This document shows, in pieces, positions 6,734 through 13,626 of a stretch of DNA of 38,737 nucleotides. Source of the stretch: a virus; the IMG/VR virus record IMGVR_UViG_3300029230_000021; one strand, 5' to 3'. Below the pieces are notes generated by a model. That model saw only the letters and a program-made list of their open reading frames with translations, made no database searches and was not told the origin of the DNA. Numbering within the stretch: the first letter of the stretch is position 1; every line of letters begins with the position of its first letter. A program made the translations under genes and the position numbers.

Positions 6734-6740
6734 TTTTTAT

Positions 6741-7052
6741 TTATTTGAGGCCAAGCTCCTTGGCTAGTTCATCTACTGTAGTGCCACGCTCGGCAGCCAT
6801 GTTTTGCGCCATCTGTGCAAGGCTGTTAGCGTCCTTACCCTGCAGCATCGTCACCGCCTGTGCCATCTTCGGATTCTGTGACGCCATCTGCTGCAACGCT
6901 GGTAAGAAGTTCCCCGACTTATAGGCGCTTATCAGTGTCATTACCATTTCCGCATCTGTGGCCATCTGCCCCATCTGCTTCATGGTGCCTATTGCCTCTG
7001 TCGCCATCCCCTTTATATTTCTTGCCATTTGCGGCGGGAAAAGGTTATTCAT
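6741..7052 (-). CDS. Orphan protein C: Met/Gln/Ala-rich helical 103-aa protein
   Basis: MKQMGQMATDAEMVMTL...QQMASQNPKMAQAVTMLQGKDANSLAQMAQNMAAERG. The start overlaps the end of the upstream gene. Confidence 0.55.
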   Translation of the reverse strand: MNNLFPPQMARNIKGMATEAIGTMKQMGQMATDAEMVMTLISAYKSGNFLPALQQMASQNPKMAQAVTMLQGKDANSLAQMAQNMAAERGTTVDELAKELGLK

Positions 7053-7419
7053 CGTCGTCTGCCCTCCGTTTCTTTTTAGGTGTCAGCTCCGCCCGAAGAG
7101 CGTCAAGGTCGGCTTTTGTCGCATACTCCACCGGTGCAGACTGTTCCGGTATATACCGCTGGAACTCGAAGAAGTCAGATGATCCAGTCTGCTGGTTAAA
7201 GCGCTTGAGATAGATCATGCCGTGCCCCAAGTCTGGCATTACAACACCAAGAGAGAAGTAGTCCGTGCTCGTCGCTACGGCCTCTTCTCGGCTCGTCACG
7301 GGCTTACAGACGTATCCCGGCGCAGCTTGCTGCACCGTCTGTATAGGCCGCTGATAGCCGCCGTAGAACTGCTGCTGTGGCTGTTGCGGGGGCTGTTGGT
7401 AATACTGTGGGTAATCCAT
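7045..7419 (-). CDS. Orphan protein B: Gln/Pro/Tyr-rich N-terminus plus small globular domain
   Basis: MDYPQYYQQPPQQPQQQFYGGYQRP..., then SREEAVATSTDYFSLGVVMPDLGHGMIYLKRFNQQTG. The ATG at 7419 has the RBS agaaagga. The ATG at 7452 lies inside the terminator T-tract. Confidence 0.55.
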   Translation of the reverse strand: MDYPQYYQQPPQQPQQQFYGGYQRPIQTVQQAAPGYVCKPVTSREEAVATSTDYFSLGVVMPDLGHGMIYLKRFNQQTGSSDFFEFQRYIPEQSAPVEYATKADLDALRAELTPKKKRRADDDE

Positions 7420-7452
7420 TACGTCACGTCCTTTCTGCTGATATTCTCGCAT

Positions 7453-7485
7453 AAAAAAAGAGGGCTAACCCATCGGTTAGCCCTC
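7453..7485 (-). terminator. Strong rho-independent terminator between the regulator gene and proteins B-F
   Basis: 11-bp stem gagggctaacc/ggttagccctc, loop catc, then 7 T on the minus strand (aaaaaaa at 7453-7459 on the plus strand). Confidence 0.8.
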
Positions 7486-7498
7486 ATCAACACATTAT

Positions 7499-7774
7499 TT
7501 AGCCATCAATCGCGGCAGCTATTTTATTTTTTATGCTCCGTATACGGCGCTCGACTTTCTCAGTGCCGTATAGCTCGGTTTCCGTTTGAAGAGCAAAGGA
7601 AATTTGCAAGATGCTCATTCCCCGCGCCCTCATGCGGAATATGGTCAACTCCTCGTCGGTAAAGCCGCAGTCGCGTTCAAACTGCTCCTTTAGTGCTCTC
7701 GGAAATTGCAGCTTGTTCTTTTCCCCCGGCGTTATCAGACTGGTTCTTATTTCTGCTGTTGTCGTTAGCCTCAC
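7499..7774 (-). CDS. Small sigma-70 region-4-like / LuxR-like HTH regulator (C-terminal reading frame)
   Basis: FTDEELTIFRMRARGMSILQISFALQ...VERRIRSIKNKI resembles region-4 HTH phage regulators. The only start is a GTG at 7774 with no well-spaced RBS. Confidence 0.55.
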   Translation of the reverse strand: MRLTTTAEIRTSLITPGEKNKLQFPRALKEQFERDCGFTDEELTIFRMRARGMSILQISFALQTETELYGTEKVERRIRSIKNKIAAAIDG

Positions 7775-7868
7775 TTCCTATGTACGCATTATATAGCATG
7801 TCTACAAGGTTTGCTGATCGCTGATTCAGCCCATTCAAGCGGCAGAAATCTTTCACGGATTCTTTCAT
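7677..7868 (-). CDS. 63-aa ORF with a good start that overlaps the regulator frame by 98 nt (possible N-terminal part of the same gene)
   Basis: RBS acggagg before ATG 7868. N-terminus MKESVKDFCRLNGLNQRSANLVDMLYNAYIG. The distal third is low complexity (NDNSRNKNQSDNAGGKEQ). Confidence 0.4.
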   Translation of the reverse strand: MKESVKDFCRLNGLNQRSANLVDMLYNAYIGSEANDNSRNKNQSDNAGGKEQAAISESTKGAV

Positions 7869-7960
7869 CTGTCCTCCGTTTTTGTCGGTTTACAAGGATT
7901 TTTCTGTTTGCGCCCACGTAGGCACGCAGGCCTTTGACTGCACGCGGCGCGTGTTAATAA

Positions 7961-8227
7961 TTATTCGTTTTTGCCCAGCTGTTTAACGATCTGGTTAGCG
8001 CCGGTTGCAGCGAGGCCGGACACGATACCGACGGCGACAGCGGTTATGTAATCCGTCGCTGGGAAGTCCGGCATGATCTTCATGCCGACGACGCCCAGCG
8101 CGCCGCCGCAGATCCCGCAGATAACCGGAATCCACTTGTTGTCAAGGCCAGTAACCTTAATACCTTCGCCGATGAGATACGCTATGACGGTGATTGCCGC
8201 CACGCTCGCTATGCCTATCATTTCCAT
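7961..8227 (-). CDS. Holin (88 aa, multiple TM helices)
   Basis: IGIASVAAITVIAYLIG, WIPVICGICGGALGVVG, ITAVAVGIVSGLAATGANQIVKQLGK. Located in the lysis cassette. Confidence 0.8.
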   Translation of the reverse strand: MEMIGIASVAAITVIAYLIGEGIKVTGLDNKWIPVICGICGGALGVVGMKIMPDFPATDYITAVAVGIVSGLAATGANQIVKQLGKNE

Positions 8228-8242
8228 GTTTGTGCTCCTTTC

Positions 8243-8518
8243 TTATTTCAGAAACATGCCCAGAACATAACCTGCTACGCCTGAGATGATGAGTCCTACG
8301 ACTGTGTCCCAATACTTAGCGGGCTTGTCCGTGAGCTTTTTTACGTTGCTCTTGATCTCCCCAACGTCGGTCTTGATGTGCTCCTGCTCATTAGCCATCA
8401 CCGACATGGTAGTCGCGAGCTTGTCCAGATTGTCCTGTCGGACTTCGAGATCGTCAATGCGGTGCGTGTTGCTCTTACACCGCTGCTCAATCTCTGCGAG
8501 TTTAACTGCTTCGTCCAT
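8243..8518 (-). CDS. XhlA-like lysis-associated membrane protein (coiled coil + C-terminal TM helix)
   Basis: Coiled-coil N-terminus, C-terminal WDTVVGLIISGVAGYVLGMFLK. Lies between the endolysin and holin, as in PBSX-type cassettes. Confidence 0.7.
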   Translation of the reverse strand: MDEAVKLAEIEQRCKSNTHRIDDLEVRQDNLDKLATTMSVMANEQEHIKTDVGEIKSNVKKLTDKPAKYWDTVVGLIISGVAGYVLGMFLK

Positions 8519-8596
8519 GTGCCTTTACCTCATGCTTAAAGTTAGGGTTCTATGTGCTTATAGTTACTTTCCCTGCCGGTCATACCAGGATTTTCT

Positions 8597-9304
8597 TCAT
8601 TCCCGCTCACCTCCCACTATGCTCTTGTACGTGGCCGCGCCGCAGATGCCGTCAGCTTCAAGGCCGTGCTCCGACTGATAAGCCATGAGCATATTGCGCG
8701 TGCGCGTTCCGAACTCACCGTCGATCCATTTAGGATCATAGCCGAGATACTTCAAGGCCGCCTGAAGCATGGCAACAACCACGCCGGTTTGTCCGTCCTC
8801 CAGCATGGGCAGCTCGACAGTGACATAGCGTGTCGGCTTCTTTGTGGCCGGCACCGTGTCCGGTTCTGCCCCGGTATAGCGCAGTACGCAGTCCCACGGA
8901 TAGTTATAGTACCCGCGTGTATATATCTCGCGCCCGGTCTGGTCGCCGGTCCGGCCTCCGGTCGTAGTGCCATATTCGTTGATGCTTGCCTGCACGAGCT
9001 GTCCGCCGCCGATATACAGGGCGGTGTGGTGGACGTGGTTTAAGAGCACATCCCCACGCTCAAGCCCCGCGCCGGTCGTGAGATCGACGCTGCCCGTCAC
9101 GTCCTCAAAGCCGCAGCGCAGCATGTCCCCGCGCATGTTGCCGGTGTAAGTGCAGCTGAGGGGAACCCCTGCTTTTCTGAAAGCGGAGATCACCAGACTG
9201 CTGCAATCGTAGTCAGGCCCCCAGCGGTTGGCCTGATCGTAGCCGTGGCTGTCGTCCGCCGCTATCTCCAGCGCGCGAGTCACGGCATTGTCAATAATTC
9301 CCAT
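8597..9304 (-). CDS. Endolysin: NlpC/P60-type cysteine peptidase plus C-terminal peptidoglycan-binding domain
   Basis: GYDQANRWGPDYDCSSLV...HHTALYIGG (Cys/His peptidase motifs). C-terminus VVAMLQAALKYLGYDPKWIDGEFGTRTRNMLMAYQSEHGLEADGICG (PG_binding_1-like). Confidence 0.85.
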   Translation of the reverse strand: MGIIDNAVTRALEIAADDSHGYDQANRWGPDYDCSSLVISAFRKAGVPLSCTYTGNMRGDMLRCGFEDVTGSVDLTTGAGLERGDVLLNHVHHTALYIGGGQLVQASINEYGTTTGGRTGDQTGREIYTRGYYNYPWDCVLRYTGAEPDTVPATKKPTRYVTVELPMLEDGQTGVVVAMLQAALKYLGYDPKWIDGEFGTRTRNMLMAYQSEHGLEADGICGAATYKSIVGGERE

Positions 9305-9431
9305 GGTTCCCTCCTCATGTCACTGTCGTAAATCTTAAGAGCAGCCACCCTGTCGGGTCTACACTCTCCCGGGCATCTTCCGTCAGCAAGCCGCTGTCGG
9401 TCTTATCGTCGTCCATTACTCAGTTACCTCC

Positions 9432-9599
9432 TCACTCCGTATACTCCACGCCGTACCGGTCGAACAGAGCCTTGACCCGAGCGTCCTTGAGTATCTTCTG
9501 CTGCTGGCCGTGATTCAGCGCGTCATAAACCGTTTGCAGTGCGGTCTTGGTGTCGGCGGCTACTTCCTCCGCAGCCATCGTCCATTTGCCTTTACTCAT
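9432..9599 (-). CDS. Small hypothetical protein (55 aa)
   Basis: ATG 9599, MSKGKWTMAAEEVAADTKTALQTVYDALNHGQQQKILKDARVKALFDRYGVEYTE. Below the ORF-track size cut-off. Confidence 0.4.
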   Translation of the reverse strand: MSKGKWTMAAEEVAADTKTALQTVYDALNHGQQQKILKDARVKALFDRYGVEYTE

Positions 9600-9720
9600 T
9601 TACTGTCACCCCCAGCACGTTCAAGGCGTTTTGCATGTCCTGTTTTTCTTCGTCCGTGCCGCCCTGCTTTATCTCCGCTATGCGGTTAAGGCAGCGTTCC
9701 GCTCTTTCTTCAATGGTCAT
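9592..9720 (-). CDS. Small hypothetical protein (42 aa)
   Basis: ATG 9720 overlaps the upstream stop (ATGA). MTIEERAERCLNRIAEIKQGGTDEEKQDMQNALNVLGVTVNE. Confidence 0.35.
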   Translation of the reverse strand: MTIEERAERCLNRIAEIKQGGTDEEKQDMQNALNVLGVTVNE

Positions 9721-10016
9721 GTTGTTACCTCCAACGCGTTTTCGATGGCGGTCAATGCCGCTTCATACTGCGCATTCTGCGCAGTTACATACGCCGCCTG
9801 CGCCGCATACGCCTCGCCCAGATCCTTCCACGGTGCCATCATCTCGCCCCGGAACACCTCGCCGTCCTCGCGCGTCCATGTCCCGCCCTCGGGGACGAAG
9901 CGGTAGCTCTCTATGTAGCGGGCGCATTTTCCGTTAAATGCGTCAGTCTCTATAGCTGTTCGCCCCTCAGCCGGGGAGACATAGCATTTATAATCACCGT
10001 CTATGTAGATCGTCAT
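9717..10016 (-). CDS. Hypothetical protein downstream of the tail fibres (99 aa)
   Basis: Compact ORF with RBS gaggagg. No recognisable domain. Confidence 0.5.
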   Translation of the reverse strand: MTIYIDGDYKCYVSPAEGRTAIETDAFNGKCARYIESYRFVPEGGTWTREDGEVFRGEMMAPWKDLGEAYAAQAAYVTAQNAQYEAALTAIENALEVTT

Positions 10017-10029
10017 TTGTCATACCTCC

Positions 10030-11076
10030 TCATTCAAGCCAGACTCTTGTTATATCGCACGCCATTGATATACTGCCATCGAATGATTTTGAAACATACG
10101 CCATTACGTAACCCTTAGATATATTGCTTATAGACAATGTCAATGTTTGATTATTTTTAATTGTGGTCGTCGCGGTTTTGGCTGTAAGGGACGGGTTATC
10201 TGAATAAAAATCAGAGGGTATTTCTGTGTTTACTCCGATGCCCCATTTGTCACCACCCGACATGGTTGCAAACGTAATATGGAGCGTCGTATAATTAGCC
10301 ATATTTATGCTATTTTTTGTATAGATGAACCATGTGCGCTTTATTGTTCCTTGCGTTTGAGTGATTGCATAGTTGAAACTAATTCTATCACTGCCAACAC
10401 TGAACACTATATTTGAAGAAAAATGTCCATCAGCTTCCCAACCACCCGTTAGTGCGGTAACATCGCCGCCATTCGAGCCGTCAAACAGCACCAGTTCAAA
10501 CATCAGCGTTACGGTCTCGGCCTGTCCCTCGGCGTTGATTGATACCGTTTTGCTCGTGCTCTTGCTGCCGCTGACCGCCGTGACCGTCCACGTCCCGGCG
10601 GAGGGGATAACGAACAGCGCCTTGCCGCTCGTGTCTTTCGCCGTCAGCGTCAGTGTGCCGTTCGTGCAGGTGCAGACGCTCCCCGAGGGGTATGTCACGT
10701 CGATCACAGCATAGACGGCGGCGACGGTGACGATCCCGGTCGTGAATACACCCTCTCCGACGGCGGTCTGGGCGGATGCCGAGGGAATTACAGTCTTCGC
10801 CGCTTGAACTGGCAGCTGCTTCGTTGCGGACTTAGTCCCGGCGGCGACTACGCCCGCGGCCTGTGTGGCCGAGGCGGTGATTTTTCCGGCAGCGTCGACC
10901 GTTATCGCGGGCGTAGCCTGCGTGACGTCGGAGAGAGTGCCGGTCTTGATCTGCTTATCCCCGGCGTAGAACTTTTTTTCGCTGCGGACATCTGCGGCCT
11001 GCGCATTGGCAAGGGCAAGCTTTGAGTTGGTCAGTCCCCCACCGCCCATGACGCCATTGCCGAATATCTCGCTCAT
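10030..11076 (-). CDS. Tail fibre / receptor-binding protein with an AT-rich C-terminal jelly-roll-like domain
   Basis: Position after the other fibre genes. Ala/Thr/Gly/Val-rich shaft, then the domain ISFNYAITQTQGTIKRTWFIYTKNSINMANYTTLHITF. Confidence 0.6.
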   Translation of the reverse strand: MSEIFGNGVMGGGGLTNSKLALANAQAADVRSEKKFYAGDKQIKTGTLSDVTQATPAITVDAAGKITASATQAAGVVAAGTKSATKQLPVQAAKTVIPSASAQTAVGEGVFTTGIVTVAAVYAVIDVTYPSGSVCTCTNGTLTLTAKDTSGKALFVIPSAGTWTVTAVSGSKSTSKTVSINAEGQAETVTLMFELVLFDGSNGGDVTALTGGWEADGHFSSNIVFSVGSDRISFNYAITQTQGTIKRTWFIYTKNSINMANYTTLHITFATMSGGDKWGIGVNTEIPSDFYSDNPSLTAKTATTTIKNNQTLTLSISNISKGYVMAYVSKSFDGSISMACDITRVWLE

Positions 11077-11927
11077 GCTGTCACCTCCGTGATGCTCACC
11101 TGCACGGTGATTGCCGCAGTGGGTTTATCTCCGACTGCATAGGCGGTGATAGTTCCGGCGTTGTTGCCAAATACAAGGCCGTAGCCGCCCTCCATTGCGC
11201 CGTTCATAACGGTAGCATCCGGATTAATGTCAATGCGGCTGTTTGCTGTGGTGCCGTCGATCTCAACCGTCTGTGAGTACGGCGATGCGCTGCCCGTCCA
11301 CGATGCGACCGGCAGCGTGACTGTTGCCGTTTTTATCGCGGGAGCTGCGCCGACATCGGTAGCAGCAAGCGAAACATTGCCCGAAGCGTCAGGCAGCTTA
11401 TCATTAACAGTCGCAACAGAACCGGAGCCATTCAGACCGTTGTAAACGCTGAATGTGGTATACTGTCCGTTGTCAAAGGTTATCTTGTATACGTCGGTTG
11501 TGCCTGCTGCGTGAGTGCCGGATTGCAGAGCGATCGACGCTATGCCGTTGCCGTTCGTCACGGTAAAGGTGGAGGTCGTATTATCTGTCAGTGTGACCGT
11601 GTACGTGTCCACAAGGCCGCTTGTGCCGGTCTTGGCAATAGATTTTATGCTTGCGCCGTTCGTCACCGTGAATGTGGTACTTGTGTTATCGGAAAACTGT
11701 ATTTTATACGTGTCCACAAGGCCGCTGGTATCGGTCTTAGTCACGCTTGTAATAGCACGCCCGTCCGTGCCCTTGTCGCCTTTTGCGCCCGTTGCGCCGC
11801 GCACTGAGGTCGTTGTGACCGTGGTTTCATCGGCCATGGTAAAGGTCAGTGTGTAATCATCGTTCAGCGTGATGCTGCTTATGCCGCCGTGCCCGTCGAG
11901 CGCTGTTGCGAGGTCGCGTACAAGCAC
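11073..11927 (-). CDS. Tail fibre protein with a collagen-like triplet run and ~31-35-aa tandem domain repeats (reading frame is open up to 12035)
   Basis: GATGAKGDKGTDG. Repeats of the type TSGLVDTYKIQFSDNTSTTFTVTNG. The GTG at 11927 is the first canonical start, but protein-like sequence continues upstream. Confidence 0.7.
   Translation of the reverse strand: MLVRDLATALDGHGGISSITLNDDYTLTFTMADETTVTTTSVRGATGAKGDKGTDGRAITSVTKTDTSGLVDTYKIQFSDNTSTTFTVTNGASIKSIAKTGTSGLVDTYTVTLTDNTTSTFTVTNGNGIASIALQSGTHAAGTTDVYKITFDNGQYTTFSVYNGLNGSGSVATVNDKLPDASGNVSLAATDVGAAPAIKTATVTLPVASWTGSASPYSQTVEIDGTTANSRIDINPDATVMNGAMEGGYGLVFGNNAGTITAYAVGDKPTAAITVQVSITEVTA
11427..11885 (-). repeat. Four tandem protein-domain repeats inside the fibre gene
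   Basis: ISSITLNDDYTLTFTMADETTVT / ITSVTKTDTSGLVDTYKIQFSDNTSTTFTVTNG / IKSIAKTGTSGLVDTYTVTLTDNTTSTFTVTNG / IASIALQSGTHAAGTTDVYKITFDNGQYTTFSVYNG. Confidence 0.7.
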
Positions 11928-12038
11928 TTGCCCAGTCAGTGACTTCGCCTGTCCTGCCTGTTCCAGTACAAACAGATCTGCTGTTGTTACTGACGAAGCT
12001 CTCGGAAGCTCAGAAACAGTTTTGTCCGCGATAGGTCA

Positions 12039-12161
12039 TCACTCCTTTTCTTTCAACTGTTCGAGGAGCAGCTTGACATACACAAGCCGCTCGAAGTTCG
12101 CCATGCCGTCTATGCGCAAGCCGTCAAGCACGGCGATTATTGCATCTATCTTCTCATTCAT
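12039..12161 (-). CDS. Small hypothetical protein (40 aa)
   Basis: ATG 12161 lies in an ATGAATGA overlap with the upstream stop. MNEKIDAIIAVLDGLRIDGMANFERLVYVKLLLEQLKEKE. Confidence 0.4.
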   Translation of the reverse strand: MNEKIDAIIAVLDGLRIDGMANFERLVYVKLLLEQLKEKE

Positions 12162-12441
12162 TGGTCTGCACCTCACTTGCATACTGCTGTCTCAGCGCGC
12201 CGCGAACGCCGCCGGTCGGTTCATTGACAAGGTATTCGAACTTTGTGTAATGGTCAAACACCGTCTCTTCACCGTTTGCCGCAACGTATCGTATTTTCCC
12301 GGTTTTCTTCTCGTCGCTGAATATAACCGCGCCCTCTGCAAAGGAAATGCCCGTCAGTGTGACGAAAAGCAGCCCCACCGTGGCGAGACCGCAAAAGCCG
12401 CAGTTATATTCGCTGTTGTCCGCGAATATAATTTTATCCAT
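12154..12441 (-). CDS. Hypothetical tail-module protein (95 aa)
   Basis: ORF with RBS aaggagg, between two tail genes. No recognisable domain. Confidence 0.5.
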   Translation of the reverse strand: MDKIIFADNSEYNCGFCGLATVGLLFVTLTGISFAEGAVIFSDEKKTGKIRYVAANGEETVFDHYTKFEYLVNEPTGGVRGALRQQYASEVQTNE

Positions 12442-12450
12442 GCTTCCTCC

Positions 12451-13626
12451 TTACACGAATGTCAAAACGGGGAAAAATTCACCCGAATAGTCTTTTATGT
12501 AGCTAAGTGCGACAGTATATCCGTACAATTTAAACAACCTATTCCCCGTAATTCCGCCACTGGTTGCGGTCATTGCGCTTGCCACAGCTGCGCCGGAAAA
12601 CACATCGCCGGCATAATACCCATTTGCGACGCCACCGTTGAGATAACCGTTTGTGTTCGCGGTCGATATAGTGCCGTTGCCCACTTGCGAGCCCTCGATA
12701 TAGCCCGCGTCGCCGCCCACCTGTATTTGATTTGCGTATACGTTGCCGGTAAAAGTGCCGCTTGTGGCATACAGATTGCCGCCGCTGTCAACACGGAATT
12801 TGCCGCCGCCAAGAGCTATGCCGTCCGTGCCGATATACACGCCGTTTGTCGTACCGTACAGCGACGACAGCGCGTTATATATCGCGTTAGAGCTGATGGT
12901 GAACCCGTTTGATTTATTGCCTATAAAACCGCTTGTGGCGGTTATCTTGCCGGTGATATCAACGCCGTCTTTCGTGGCTTTGAACACCTGCTGTCCGTTG
13001 CTGGACAGTATAAAGCCGTCAGCGGTCAGTGACCAACCGAAGCTTTTATTATCGCCGCCGTTCTGCGTCACTCTCGCGGCGATCTCCGATGCGTGTAGTT
13101 GAAGCGTGGCGCGCATTTCTTTTTCGCCGTTTTCCCTCGCCAAGACCTCAGCGGCGATATTATCTGCGTTCACGCGGAGGCTCGCGCGGGTCTCAGAGAA
13201 TTGCCGCGTTACCTTTCTATCTGTCTGCGATTTATACGGGTATTCATGGTCAACGGCGTTATCCTGCGGGGCGGCTATACGCGCCGCCATGAGCGTTGAA
13301 AACGTCGTTTCTTTGGCGAAAATACCGCTGAATGCGCCGTTTATGGTCACGCCGTCACCCAGCTCCGCCGCCGGATCGAGCTTTGCCCAATCCGTATCGT
13401 ATGGCTGATAGCTGTAATCCTTGATACTTTCAAGGATATCTGCTGCCATCTGCGCCGTTGCCCATGGGCATGACAGTTCTAATACGTTGTCGCCATCTCC
13501 GGCCTCAACATAGTTGTCGTCGTCGATGTTGATAACAACCTTTGTGTATTTCGCAAGCGCAGGCGTAGTCGTATACCCTGCCGCGCTGCGTCCGATAAAA
13601 ACGGAATCAGACAAGTATTCTGTCAC
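12451..13626 (-). CDS. Baseplate/tail-tip structural protein with a fibre-like Gly-rich C-terminus
   Basis: Position after the TMP-distal genes. Central coiled coil. C-terminus GKITATSGFIGN...GGNLYATSGTFTGNVYANQIQVGGDAGYIEG. Confidence 0.6.
   Translation of the reverse strand: MTEYLSDSVFIGRSAAGYTTTPALAKYTKVVINIDDDNYVEAGDGDNVLELSCPWATAQMAADILESIKDYSYQPYDTDWAKLDPAAELGDGVTINGAFSGIFAKETTFSTLMAARIAAPQDNAVDHEYPYKSQTDRKVTRQFSETRASLRVNADNIAAEVLARENGEKEMRATLQLHASEIAARVTQNGGDNKSFGWSLTADGFILSSNGQQVFKATKDGVDITGKITATSGFIGNKSNGFTISSNAIYNALSSLYGTTNGVYIGTDGIALGGGKFRVDSGGNLYATSGTFTGNVYANQIQVGGDAGYIEGSQVGNGTISTANTNGYLNGGVANGYYAGDVFSGAAVASAMTATSGGITGNRLFKLYGYTVALSYIKDYSGEFFPVLTFV

Noticed and set aside
7931-7960. 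Plus-strand promoter-like ttgact-16-aataat just downstream of the holin stop
   Set aside because: It would fire antisense into the holin gene with no plus-strand ORF to serve. This is probably a chance match in AT-rich spacer DNA.
10030-11927. Diversity-generating retroelement targeting the fibre genes
   Set aside because: No reverse transcriptase ORF occurs anywhere in the genome, and I found no template/variable repeat pair. The fibre repeats are protein-domain duplications with divergent DNA.
11869-12912. Long plus-strand ORFs antisense to the structural genes (11869-12912 347 aa; 13514-14515 333 aa; 15457-16416 319 aa; 16266-17093; 20667-21650 327 aa; 23658-24227; 30672-31577)
   Set aside because: They lie opposite convincing minus-strand genes with recognisable products. 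They lack RBSs and have low-complexity, Arg/Ala/Pro/Cys-heavy translations typical of shadow ORFs in GC-rich DNA.
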